From positions 1-29,105 of IMG/VR virus record IMGVR_UViG_3300004209_000003: a stretch of 29,105 nt of DNA; one strand, given 5' to 3'. The notes beneath the pieces were generated by a model, which did no database searches, was not told the DNA's origin, and was given only the letters and a program-made list of their open reading frames with translations. Source of the DNA: a virus (lineage: Duplodnaviria > Caudoviricetes). The stretch's first letter is position 1. Each line of letters starts with the position of its first letter. This document shows positions 17,490 to 25,021 of the stretch, in pieces. A program made the position numbers and the translations under genes.

Positions 17490-17565
17490 TGGCAGGAGCT
17501 GCAACGGTACGTGCTTTTCAGCCTTATCCCTACGTCCGAAACGCTTCGCAGTAGTTCCCCTGCCA
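17490..17565 (-). ncRNA. Candidate structured small RNA, probably antisense-transcribed
   Basis: Closing stem TGGCAGG/CCTGCCA with nested complementary segments. Minus-strand TATAAT at 17571-17576 places +1 at the stem base. Confidence 0.45.
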
Positions 17566-17590
17566 TTTCTATTATACCCTGAGAGCCATT

Positions 17591-17815
17591 ATGTCTAACA
17601 ACACAGCCCAAACCCTTTTCCCCGAAGAAGTAGAGATGTTGGTCAACCATTTCAGGCACCAGACCGGCAATCCCAGAATTGAATCCTTTCTCTCGCTAAA
17701 CAATCCCAACCTTTGGCTGATTGGCCAGCAAGTGGGCTCCAGTTTGCATGTGATCGCAGAGTATGAAAAGTTTGACCTGGAGCTGAAAATACTCAAGGGA
17801 GACGATTTTTTCTGA
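17591..17815 (+). CDS. Hypothetical protein (possible immunity protein)
   Basis: 74 aa downstream of the MuF-nuclease. TGATG coupled to gpG. Confidence 0.55.
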   Translation: MSNNTAQTLFPEEVEMLVNHFRHQTGNPRIESFLSLNNPNLWLIGQQVGSSLHVIAEYEKFDLELKILKGDDFF

Positions 17816-18387
17816 TGCAATTTGACATCAAGCTTGATGATTCAATGGTGCTCAACTCCCTGCGCCGCTTGCAACTTAAGACCAGCAACCTTAAGCCTGT
17901 GATGTCTGAAATAGGGGAAGAGATGCTGGAGAGTGTCAAGAAGCGCTTTGAAACCAGTACAGGCCCAGACGGTCAAAAGTGGGCCGCAAACAAAGAAAGC
18001 ACGCTCCTGAAAATGCTCAGCCAGACCAAAGGCAATTTCAAAATTAAGACAGTCACAAGTAAATCTGGGAGCAAACGGGAAATTAAGGTGGGAGGACTGA
18101 GAAAAAAAGGTCAGGAACGTGTCTCTGGTAAAAAGCCCTTGATTGGTGATAGCAAAGCGCTCTCAGGAACCATAAATTACCGGGCCACATCTGACTCTTT
18201 GAAAGTCGGCAGCAACATGATTTATTCGCGGGTACAGCACTTTGGCGCAGGCAAGGGGGCCTTTGGGGCAACCAGACGCGGGGCACCAATTCCTTGGGGA
18301 AGTATTCCTGGTCGCCCATATCTGGGCTTTTCGGATGAGGACCGCTCGATAATTTTAGAGACAGTTGAGAAGTATTTGAAGGCCTGA
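17815..18387 (+). CDS. G: Virion morphogenesis protein (Mu gpG/gp31 family)
   Basis: KRFETSTGPDGQKW...VGSNMIYSRVQHFG...IPGRPYLGFS. Confidence 0.9.
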   Translation: MQFDIKLDDSMVLNSLRRLQLKTSNLKPVMSEIGEEMLESVKKRFETSTGPDGQKWAANKESTLLKMLSQTKGNFKIKTVTSKSGSKREIKVGGLRKKGQERVSGKKPLIGDSKALSGTINYRATSDSLKVGSNMIYSRVQHFGAGKGAFGATRRGAPIPWGSIPGRPYLGFSDEDRSIILETVEKYLKA

Positions 18388-18421
18388 ATCTCTCTGGGGA
18401 TGGTGGCTATTTTCCAAGTTT

Positions 18422-18739
18422 TTAAACTGCTGTCACAGTTGTTCTGATAGCCACTTGTGTGGAATTGGGAAAGAATCTGCGTCTGATATTATTCGATAAA
18501 ACAACGGCTTCTTGTTCTGCTGTATCCTGATCAGCAAATTCCGCAACGAAAGAAAAGCGATTTTCGACAAACTCCCTGCCAAGAGCTGTTTCGGCTTGTC
18601 GTAAATGTATGAGTTCAAAATCAGGGGGCATGGTAAATCTTGAGTTTGCGCTAATGAAATCTGTAAGTTCTTGAGTAAAATCAGGAAGAGGTGTGGGTAG
18701 ATCTTCCAAAAAATCATATCTAATTTGAAAATTAGCCAT
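18422..18739 (-). CDS. Hypothetical protein, antisense accessory gene
   Basis: 105-aa AT-rich ORF filling the G-I gap on the opposite strand. Confidence 0.6.
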   Translation of the reverse strand: MANFQIRYDFLEDLPTPLPDFTQELTDFISANSRFTMPPDFELIHLRQAETALGREFVENRFSFVAEFADQDTAEQEAVVLSNNIRRRFFPNSTQVAIRTTVTAV

Positions 18740-18964
18740 ATTGTTTACTGCTTAAGCCTCGCATTTTTTAAATTCCAAGATCTAATGTTACCTTCTTTTC
18801 CTAATATATGAAAACAAAACCCGTTTAACCCCGTTTGAAAGCCGTTTAAATTTTGTTTTGACCAGCTTGGTGGTATAAAGAGAGTATTCAGATCTGACAC
18901 CGGCCTTAAAATCGATTCTACGGCGTCTCGCTATTCTCCTTCTAAACTATCCCCGGTGTGAAGT

Positions 18965-19002
18965 ATGTCACCACGACACCACACCGCCTTGCCGCCTACG
19001 AT
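18965..19002 (+). promoter_or_regulatory. Late promoter (PI-like) with activator box
   Basis: ATGTCACCACGACAC (18965-18979), 17 nt, TACGAT (18997-19002). Confidence 0.7.
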
Positions 19003-19008
19003 GGGGGC

Positions 19009-20010
19009 ATGAATCAAGCACTTTCTCCCCAAACACCCACCCACAATCTTCGCCCGGCCCGCATTCACGCGCTGAAAGCAGGCACTTGGCAGAGCTTGGG
19101 TGGCGCTGTTTCCCTTTCCCTTTTTGACCTGGCTCATATCGCTGAGTCTTATAATCCCGCTTTACACGAAGCTCCTGTCGTGATTGGCCACCCGGCAACG
19201 GATGACCCTGCTTTTGGCTGGGTGCGTTCAGTTGATTTGCAATCAGATGGCTTGTGGCTGAATACGGAGCTGCTGCCTGAGATGGCAGATCTCGTCAAGC
19301 GGAGTTTGTACAAAAAGGTATCTGTATCGCTGTATCCACCTGATGCTCCTGCCAATCCTGTGCCCGGTGGTTATTCCATCAAGCACTTGGGTTTTCTGGG
19401 AGCACAGCCGCCAGCGGTCAAAGGGCTTCAGGGAGTGGTGCTCAATAGCGAGTCTGATCAGACGATTATCATCGAATTCGAGGAGGCCCGTATGGGTGAC
19501 GAAAACAAAGACCCTGCCTTGGCGCTGGCTGAAAAGCAAGCGAGCTTAGCACAAGAACAGCAGGTACTGACTCAGAAAAAAACTGAGATCGACCTGGCTG
19601 AACAAAATTTGACCAAGCGCGAACGCGACCTGCGTCAAAAAGAATGGGGCATCCAGCTCGATTCTCATATCCAGGCTGGGCGCTTGCTGCCCAAAGACAA
19701 GGCTCAAGTCTTGGCTTTTATGGAAGGTCTTCATGGCCAAAATGTGGATCTCGGCGAAGGTGAAAAACCCATGCTGGATTCATTCAAGGAATTTTTGGCG
19801 GCCCTGCCTGCCCAGGTCAATCTGAGCGAAGTCGCCCCCGCAGACAAGGCGGCCACGCCCCCTGTCGCTGTTAACTTCGCAGCCCCTGCCGGTTATGAAG
19901 TCGACGCCCAAAGCTTGGCTCTTCATCAGAAAGCCAAGGAATGGATGTCTAAAAACCCAGGCAAACTCTATACCGAAGCCATTCGCGCTATTGAAGGAGG
20001 TGCTGCCTAA
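19009..20010 (+). CDS. I: Prohead protease/scaffold (Mu gpI/Z-like)
   Basis: HEAPVVIGHP..DDPAFGWV, YKKVSVSLY, HLGFLGAQPPAVKGL, then a coiled-coil scaffold. ATG 19009 chosen because the upstream frame overlaps the promoter. Confidence 0.85.
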   Translation: MNQALSPQTPTHNLRPARIHALKAGTWQSLGGAVSLSLFDLAHIAESYNPALHEAPVVIGHPATDDPAFGWVRSVDLQSDGLWLNTELLPEMADLVKRSLYKKVSVSLYPPDAPANPVPGGYSIKHLGFLGAQPPAVKGLQGVVLNSESDQTIIIEFEEARMGDENKDPALALAEKQASLAQEQQVLTQKKTEIDLAEQNLTKRERDLRQKEWGIQLDSHIQAGRLLPKDKAQVLAFMEGLHGQNVDLGEGEKPMLDSFKEFLAALPAQVNLSEVAPADKAATPPVAVNFAAPAGYEVDAQSLALHQKAKEWMSKNPGKLYTEAIRAIEGGAA

Positions 20011-20349
20011 ATGTCAGCCCAATACCGTTCTGTTCTCACTCTATCTTTGGTTGCTGTGGCTGCCCTGACAGCCAATCGTTTTGTTTCCCCTACCCGTGGC
20101 CTGCCTTCGGATGGGGGGAATACCTTGGGCGTGGCTTTGACCGATGCCGCCATTGGTCAAACAGCCCCAGTCGTTACGCTGGGCACAGCGCCCGCTGAAG
20201 CTTCTGCTGCAATTGCCGAAGGGGCCTTGGTCGAGGTGGGTGCCGATGGCCGCATTGAAACCCTTGATGCTGGCGTTGCTGTGGGTCGGGCACTGCAAGA
20301 GGCAACTGGTGCAGGCCATGTCATTGAAGTCATGCTGATCCCCAATTAA
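20011..20349 (+). CDS. Capsid cement/decoration protein (DUF2190-like)
   Basis: Ala/Gly/Val-rich, LGVA...AVGRALQEA.GAG.VIEV. Lies between protease and capsid. Confidence 0.75.
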   Translation: MSAQYRSVLTLSLVAVAALTANRFVSPTRGLPSDGGNTLGVALTDAAIGQTAPVVTLGTAPAEASAAIAEGALVEVGADGRIETLDAGVAVGRALQEATGAGHVIEVMLIPN

Positions 20350-20376
20350 TCCCCAGAACACAAGGAGAAAAACCCC

Positions 20377-21312
20377 ATGTCCCAGATGAATCCTTCACAG
20401 GCCCGTGTCATCGATCCCGTTTTGACAGAAGTGGCCCGTGGTTACAAGCACCCTGAGCGGGTGGGTATGAAGTTGTTTCCCGAAGTGCCTGTGGGCCAGC
20501 GCGGTGGGAAAATTATTCAGTTTGGAAAAGATTCTTTCAAGCTGTACCAGACAGGCAGAGCCCCCGGTGGCAATGTGGCTGTCGTGGATTATGGCTATTC
20601 AGGGTCCAGTTACTCGCTCGAACAGCACGCCATTTCTGGTAAGGTGCCCATCGAGCTGCTCGAAGAAGCCAAAGCCGTTCCAGGTATTGACCTGAGCAAA
20701 GGCGCTGTCCAACAGGCCCAGGATATTATCTCCTTGCGCCTGGAGTACCAGCAGGCCACCATTGCCAGAACAGCGGGCACCTACGCATCAGGTAACAAGG
20801 TGACTCTTTCTGGTTCCTCTCAATGGAGCCATGCCGATTCTAACCCCTCTGCAGACATTGAAACAGCCCGTGAGGCAATTCGCGCCAAAACTGGGTTTTA
20901 TCCCAATATCACACTGCTTTCACCCAAGGCTTTTTCAGCATTAAAAGTCCACACCCGTATTCTCGACCGGATGAAATACACAGGTCGGGATTCGCTCACA
21001 ACAGACATGCTGGCCAAACTCTGGGACATTGACGAAGTTGTGGTTGGCAAAGGTGTTACGGCATCGGATGCAGGCGTGTTCTCAGATATCTGGGGCAAAG
21101 ATGTCATCTTGGCCTATGTCGCCACCGGAAACCTGGCATCCATGGGCACCCCCAGCTATGGCTATACCTACCGCTTGCGCAATTACCCGATTGCCGAGCA
21201 AGGTTATTACGCAGCTGGCAGCCGTTCATGGTTCTATCCCGTGATTGATGAAGTTTCGCCCGTGATTGCAGGGGCTGAAGCGGGCTATCTGATCACCAAC
21301 GCGGTGGCCTAA
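20377..21312 (+). CDS. Major capsid protein
   Basis: IDPVLTEVARGY, LSGSSQWS, PSYGYTY. AAGGAG SD. Position in head module. Confidence 0.85.
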   Translation: MSQMNPSQARVIDPVLTEVARGYKHPERVGMKLFPEVPVGQRGGKIIQFGKDSFKLYQTGRAPGGNVAVVDYGYSGSSYSLEQHAISGKVPIELLEEAKAVPGIDLSKGAVQQAQDIISLRLEYQQATIARTAGTYASGNKVTLSGSSQWSHADSNPSADIETAREAIRAKTGFYPNITLLSPKAFSALKVHTRILDRMKYTGRDSLTTDMLAKLWDIDEVVVGKGVTASDAGVFSDIWGKDVILAYVATGNLASMGTPSYGYTYRLRNYPIAEQGYYAAGSRSWFYPVIDEVSPVIAGAEAGYLITNAVA

Positions 21313-21316
21313 GCCG

Positions 21317-21502
21317 ATGAAAGTCAAAGTAATCATTGATTCTCTCAAGCACGACGGCGAGATGGTTGTCAAGGGCGACGTGCTTGATCTACCCAAAGCC
21401 CAGGCCCAGGCTCTGCTGGACAGCGGTGCTGCCCTCGAAGTGGATTTAAACGGCGTTAAAACGCCCATTAAAACCGCCAAAAAGACGGAAGCTGACAAAT
21501 GA
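21317..21502 (+). CDS. Small head-associated hypothetical protein
   Basis: LKHDG...GDVLDL...AQALLDSGA pattern common after capsid genes. Confidence 0.65.
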   Translation: MKVKVIIDSLKHDGEMVVKGDVLDLPKAQAQALLDSGAALEVDLNGVKTPIKTAKKTEADK

Positions 21503-21909
21503 GCTACGCCACGCCCGAAGATCTGATTGCTGCTTCCCCTGCCCATCTGGTTGCCGATCTCACTGGCACTACTGAGCCGGATGAAGTGGCCATTGCTCGG
21601 GCGTTGGCAGATGCCAGTGCTGAAATTGACAGCTACCTGGCAGCCAGGTATTTTCTCCCACTTGGGACCGTACCAGAGAATCTGCGCCGCGTCAGCATTG
21701 ACATCGCTCTCTATCGCCTGATGAACCTTCGGGCCTTGGGGGATATCGAAGATGCCCGCAAACGCTACGAAGATGCAGTGAAATACCTGATGGCTGTGGC
21801 CGATGGCAAGATCAGCTTGGGCCTGCCCACCGCTGATTCAGGAGCCGCCGCAGCCACAGGTATTGCCTACGTGGCCGCCCCTTCTGTCATGAGCAATTTG
21901 GGGTATTGA
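21499..21909 (+). CDS. Head-tail adaptor (Mu gp36/J, DUF1320)
   Basis: MSYATPEDL, ALADASAEIDSYLAARY.LPL, DIALYRL, RYEDAVKYL..VADGKISLG. Confidence 0.9.
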   Translation: MSYATPEDLIAASPAHLVADLTGTTEPDEVAIARALADASAEIDSYLAARYFLPLGTVPENLRRVSIDIALYRLMNLRALGDIEDARKRYEDAVKYLMAVADGKISLGLPTADSGAAAATGIAYVAAPSVMSNLGY

Positions 21910-21913
21910 AGCA

Positions 21914-22375
21914 ATGACCTGGGAGATGGAGATTGAGACCGCGATTGTGGACCGGCTGAAAATTGCCTTGGCCCCTCTGCCGGTCGAAGCGCTCCCAGAC
22001 AAACCCTGGAATTTCACCCATCCCAGAGGGGCTGCTTTGGTGGTTTTTACTGGAGCAGATCCCGCCGAGGGGGTGGATCTTTACACCTCGGCCCAGCCCG
22101 TGACTTTGAGTTATGAGGTGGTTTTGCTCTCGCGCTCATTGCGGGACAACGCCGGACTATACCCGATGCTCGAAGCTGCCCGCAAAGCCCTGCTGGGTTG
22201 GCGGCCCGAAGATTCCGGCCTCACCCCCTTTCGCATGGGCCGGGTCACGAATCAAGGGTACGAAGACAGCGCCTGGCGCATGAGCCTGATACTCACTACC
22301 CAAGCCATGTGGGTGGATGATGCAGAGCCCACTATCGGGCCGCTACTTAAGGAATTAACTTTTGAGGAGATTTAA
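21914..22375 (+). CDS. Gp37-like tail terminator/neck protein
   Basis: HPRGAALV, ALLGWRP. Follows gp36. Confidence 0.7.
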   Translation: MTWEMEIETAIVDRLKIALAPLPVEALPDKPWNFTHPRGAALVVFTGADPAEGVDLYTSAQPVTLSYEVVLLSRSLRDNAGLYPMLEAARKALLGWRPEDSGLTPFRMGRVTNQGYEDSAWRMSLILTTQAMWVDDAEPTIGPLLKELTFEEI

Positions 22376-22378
22376 CTG

Positions 22379-22600
22379 ATGGCAAGCTACACCTATTCCG
22401 GCCCGCCCTCTGGAACCACTTTAAACGATGGGCGCGAAGTGCTGTTTTATGATGGCAAGACCTACGACCTGCCTGCTGAAAACGAGTACGTTTTATCTTT
22501 GGTTGCTCAAAAGCGCCTGGCACCCACCAAAGCCACCCCCAACCAAGTCAAAGCCCCCTCCAACCAAGTCAAAGCCCCCAAAGAGAAGGAGAAAGTCTGA
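22379..22600 (+). CDS. Small conserved pre-sheath protein
   Basis: YTYSGPPSGTTL...LPAENEYV..LVA..RL. TGATG coupled to sheath. Confidence 0.65.
   Translation: MASYTYSGPPSGTTLNDGREVLFYDGKTYDLPAENEYVLSLVAQKRLAPTKATPNQVKAPSNQVKAPKEKEKV
22539..22579 (+). repeat. In-frame 21-bp-period tandem duplication
   Basis: CCAACCAAGTCAAAGCCCCC at 22539-22558 and 22560-22579 (NQVKAP x2). Confidence 0.9.
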
Positions 22601-24030
22601 TGGCTGTAAATTACCTGCATGGTGTAGAAACCATCGAAAACGACAAAGGCCCCCGCCCGATTCGCACAGTCAAAACAGCTGTGGTGGGCCTGATTGGCAC
22701 TGCCCCCATGGGTGCAATCAACGAGCCGATTGTCATCAACAGCGACCGCGATGTGGCCCAATTTGGCCCCATGACCCCCGGCTTTACCATCCCCCAGGCC
22801 TTGGACGCCATCTTTGATCAAGGGGCGGGCACGGTGATTGTGATCAACGTCTTGGACCCCGATACCCACAAAACAGCAGTGGCAGACGAAGCCGTTACCT
22901 TCAGTACCACCACAAACAAAGTCAAACTGGACAATCCCCATGTGGCTAATCTGGTGCTGAAAAACAATGCCGGTGATGTGACCTATGTGCTCAACACCGA
23001 TTACAAAGTGAATCTCGTCACTGGCGAGCTTGAGCGCGTGGTCGGCGGGGCCATTGCCAGCGGTGGGGCAGCCAAAGCCAGCTATGATTATGCCGATCCC
23101 ACTGAAGTGGTTGCAGCGGATATTATCGGGGAAGTGACTGTGGGCGGCCTGCGCACGGGAATCAAGGCCCTCGAAGACACATATAACCTCTTTGGATTCT
23201 TTGCCAAGATCCTGATTTCACCTGTCTTCTGCACCCAAAACAGCGTTGCCGCAGAGATGATCAGCATGGCTGTCAAACTGCGTGCTTTTGCCTTGATTGA
23301 TGCACCGATTGGCACCACCCCGGCCCAGGCCATCACCGGACGCGGCCCCAGTGGTTCGATCAACTTCAATACCAGCTCTGAGCGGGCAATTCTCTGCTAT
23401 CCCCATCTCAAGGTCTACGACCCTGTACTGGATGAAAACCGCCTGGAGCCCTTTAGCCAGCGCTTGGCTGGGGTGATGTGTCGCCGCGATGTGGACAACG
23501 GTTATTGGTGGTCGCCCTCCAATATGGAAATCTTGGGTATTGTCGGAGCCGAACGCTCCATTTCTGCACGGGTCAACGATCCCAATACCGAAGCCAACCA
23601 GCTCAACGAAGCGGGCATCATGACCATTTTCAACAGCTTTGGCACGGGTCTGCGCACCTGGGGCAACCGCAGCGCCGCTTTCCCCAGCAATACCAGCCCC
23701 AAGAATTTCATCTCTGTGCGCCGCACTGCTGATGTGCTGCATGAATCGGTTGAATTTGCCATGCTGCAATTCATCGACTATCCCATTGATGATGTCTTAA
23801 TTGACGCCATTTTGCAGAGTGCCAATGCCTTTGTTCGCACCCTGATTGGCCGTGGGGCTATTATCGACGGCCTGGTTACATACGACCCGGCCAAGAACCC
23901 GCCCACGGAAATTGCTGCCGGGCACCTCACTTTTGACGTGACATTTGTCCCACCGACCCCGGCTGAGCGTATCACGTTTGAATCTTTTATCGACATCAAC
24001 CTGCTGGCTGGCCTCGGGGCCGCCGCTTAA
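22600..24030 (+). CDS. Contractile tail sheath (P2 FI-like)
   Basis: YLHGVETIE, AVVGLIGTAP, GYWWSPSN, GLRTWGNRS, FISVRRT, PPTPAERITF. Confidence 0.93.
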   Translation: MAVNYLHGVETIENDKGPRPIRTVKTAVVGLIGTAPMGAINEPIVINSDRDVAQFGPMTPGFTIPQALDAIFDQGAGTVIVINVLDPDTHKTAVADEAVTFSTTTNKVKLDNPHVANLVLKNNAGDVTYVLNTDYKVNLVTGELERVVGGAIASGGAAKASYDYADPTEVVAADIIGEVTVGGLRTGIKALEDTYNLFGFFAKILISPVFCTQNSVAAEMISMAVKLRAFALIDAPIGTTPAQAITGRGPSGSINFNTSSERAILCYPHLKVYDPVLDENRLEPFSQRLAGVMCRRDVDNGYWWSPSNMEILGIVGAERSISARVNDPNTEANQLNEAGIMTIFNSFGTGLRTWGNRSAAFPSNTSPKNFISVRRTADVLHESVEFAMLQFIDYPIDDVLIDAILQSANAFVRTLIGRGAIIDGLVTYDPAKNPPTEIAAGHLTFDVTFVPPTPAERITFESFIDINLLAGLGAAA

Positions 24031-24051
24031 TACTAAAGGAGAAAACCCCCC

Positions 24052-24573
24052 GTGGCTAAAATCGAAATTAACCGCCTGGTCAATGCCAATTGTTTCTTTG
24101 ATGGGAACAATCTGCTGGGGCGCGTCGAAGAAATCACCCTGCCTGAAATCAAGATGAAAATGGCCGAACACAAGGCCTTGGGAATGGTGGGCTCTATCGA
24201 AGCCTTCTCAGGTTTTGAAAAGCTCGAAGGCAAGATCAAGTGGTCCAGCCTCTATCCCGATGTCATGAAAAAAACGGCCAATCCCTTCAAGGCAGCACAG
24301 GTTCAGGTTCGGGGTTCTTTGGAATCCTGGACCGGCCAAGGCCGCACAGCTCAGGCCAAAGTGGTCATTACCTTGACCCTGACCTTTAAGAAATTCCCCG
24401 GTGGCAATTTCAAGCCCCAGGACAATGTCGAGATGGAGACCGATTACGCCTGCACCTACATGAAGCAGACCGTGAACGGTGAAGACATTGTGGAAATTGA
24501 TGTGCTCGAAAACATCTACAAAGTGGGTGGCGTGGATATGCTCACGCAATACCGCTCGAATATTGGGGGTTAG
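24052..24573 (+). CDS. Major tail tube protein (P2 FII-like)
   Basis: LGRVEEITLP...VEIDVLENIYKVGGVDML..YRSNIG. AAGGAG SD with GTG start. Confidence 0.9.
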   Translation: MAKIEINRLVNANCFFDGNNLLGRVEEITLPEIKMKMAEHKALGMVGSIEAFSGFEKLEGKIKWSSLYPDVMKKTANPFKAAQVQVRGSLESWTGQGRTAQAKVVITLTLTFKKFPGGNFKPQDNVEMETDYACTYMKQTVNGEDIVEIDVLENIYKVGGVDMLTQYRSNIGG

Positions 24574-24581
24574 ACTAAACC

Positions 24582-24866
24582 ATGGAACCTACAACCCAAA
24601 CCACTGAATCCCAGGAAGCCAAGCCCACCCAAATTGAAGTGCCCCTGTCTGATGGCCGCACTGCGATTGTGCGCAAAGGCAAAGGAAAACAGCTCAGAAA
24701 CGCGATGCGAATCACCGATGACCCCAATGAGTTTGGCATGATTCTGGCTGCCGACTGTACGACTATCAACGGCGAATCCCTGAGCTACGAAGACGAGTTT
24801 TTGGAGATGGATCTTGAAGACTGTAATGCCCTGATCCAGGCTTCCAACAAACTCATGGGAAAGTAG
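24582..24866 (+). CDS. Tail assembly chaperone (gpE/G-like)
   Basis: Between tube and tape measure. Acidic LEMDLED. Ends at slippery GGGAAAG. Confidence 0.8.
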   Translation: MEPTTQTTESQEAKPTQIEVPLSDGRTAIVRKGKGKQLRNAMRITDDPNEFGMILAADCTTINGESLSYEDEFLEMDLEDCNALIQASNKLMGK

Positions 24867-25018
24867 CAATTCCCTCCCCTCAACAACTCATTCACCTCAG
24901 CCATGTCACTGGGGCCAGCCCATCTGAAATAGATGCAATGGATATCGACGACCTGGCGTGGTGGTGTGACGAGTCAATCAAGTACTGGAACTTTATCAAC
25001 ACCCCCAAGGAGGATTAA
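24582..25018 (+). CDS. Frameshifted tail chaperone (E+E'/GT-like), -1 shift at 24857-24863, about 145 aa
   Basis: The -1 frame continues VAIPSPQQLIHLSHVTGASPSEIDAMDIDDLAWWCDESIKYWNFINTPKED* to TAA 25018. Confidence 0.8.
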
Positions 25019-25021
25019 TCC

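Noticed and set aside
17490-17565. Hammerhead ribozyme or true tRNA in the post-MuF element
   Set aside because: CGAAAC is present but there is no CUGANGA core on that strand, and the minus strand has only CUGAAAA. No T-loop GTTCRA or canonical cloverleaf for a tRNA.
17391-17582. 63-aa ORF as immunity gene overlapping the MuF end
   Set aside because: TTG start inside MuF, and it runs through the self-complementary element. A short ATG-started version (17484) cannot be excluded but lacks support.
18958-19008. GTG 18958 start for the protease
   Set aside because: No SD, and the segment contains the late-promoter box shared with the lysin gene.
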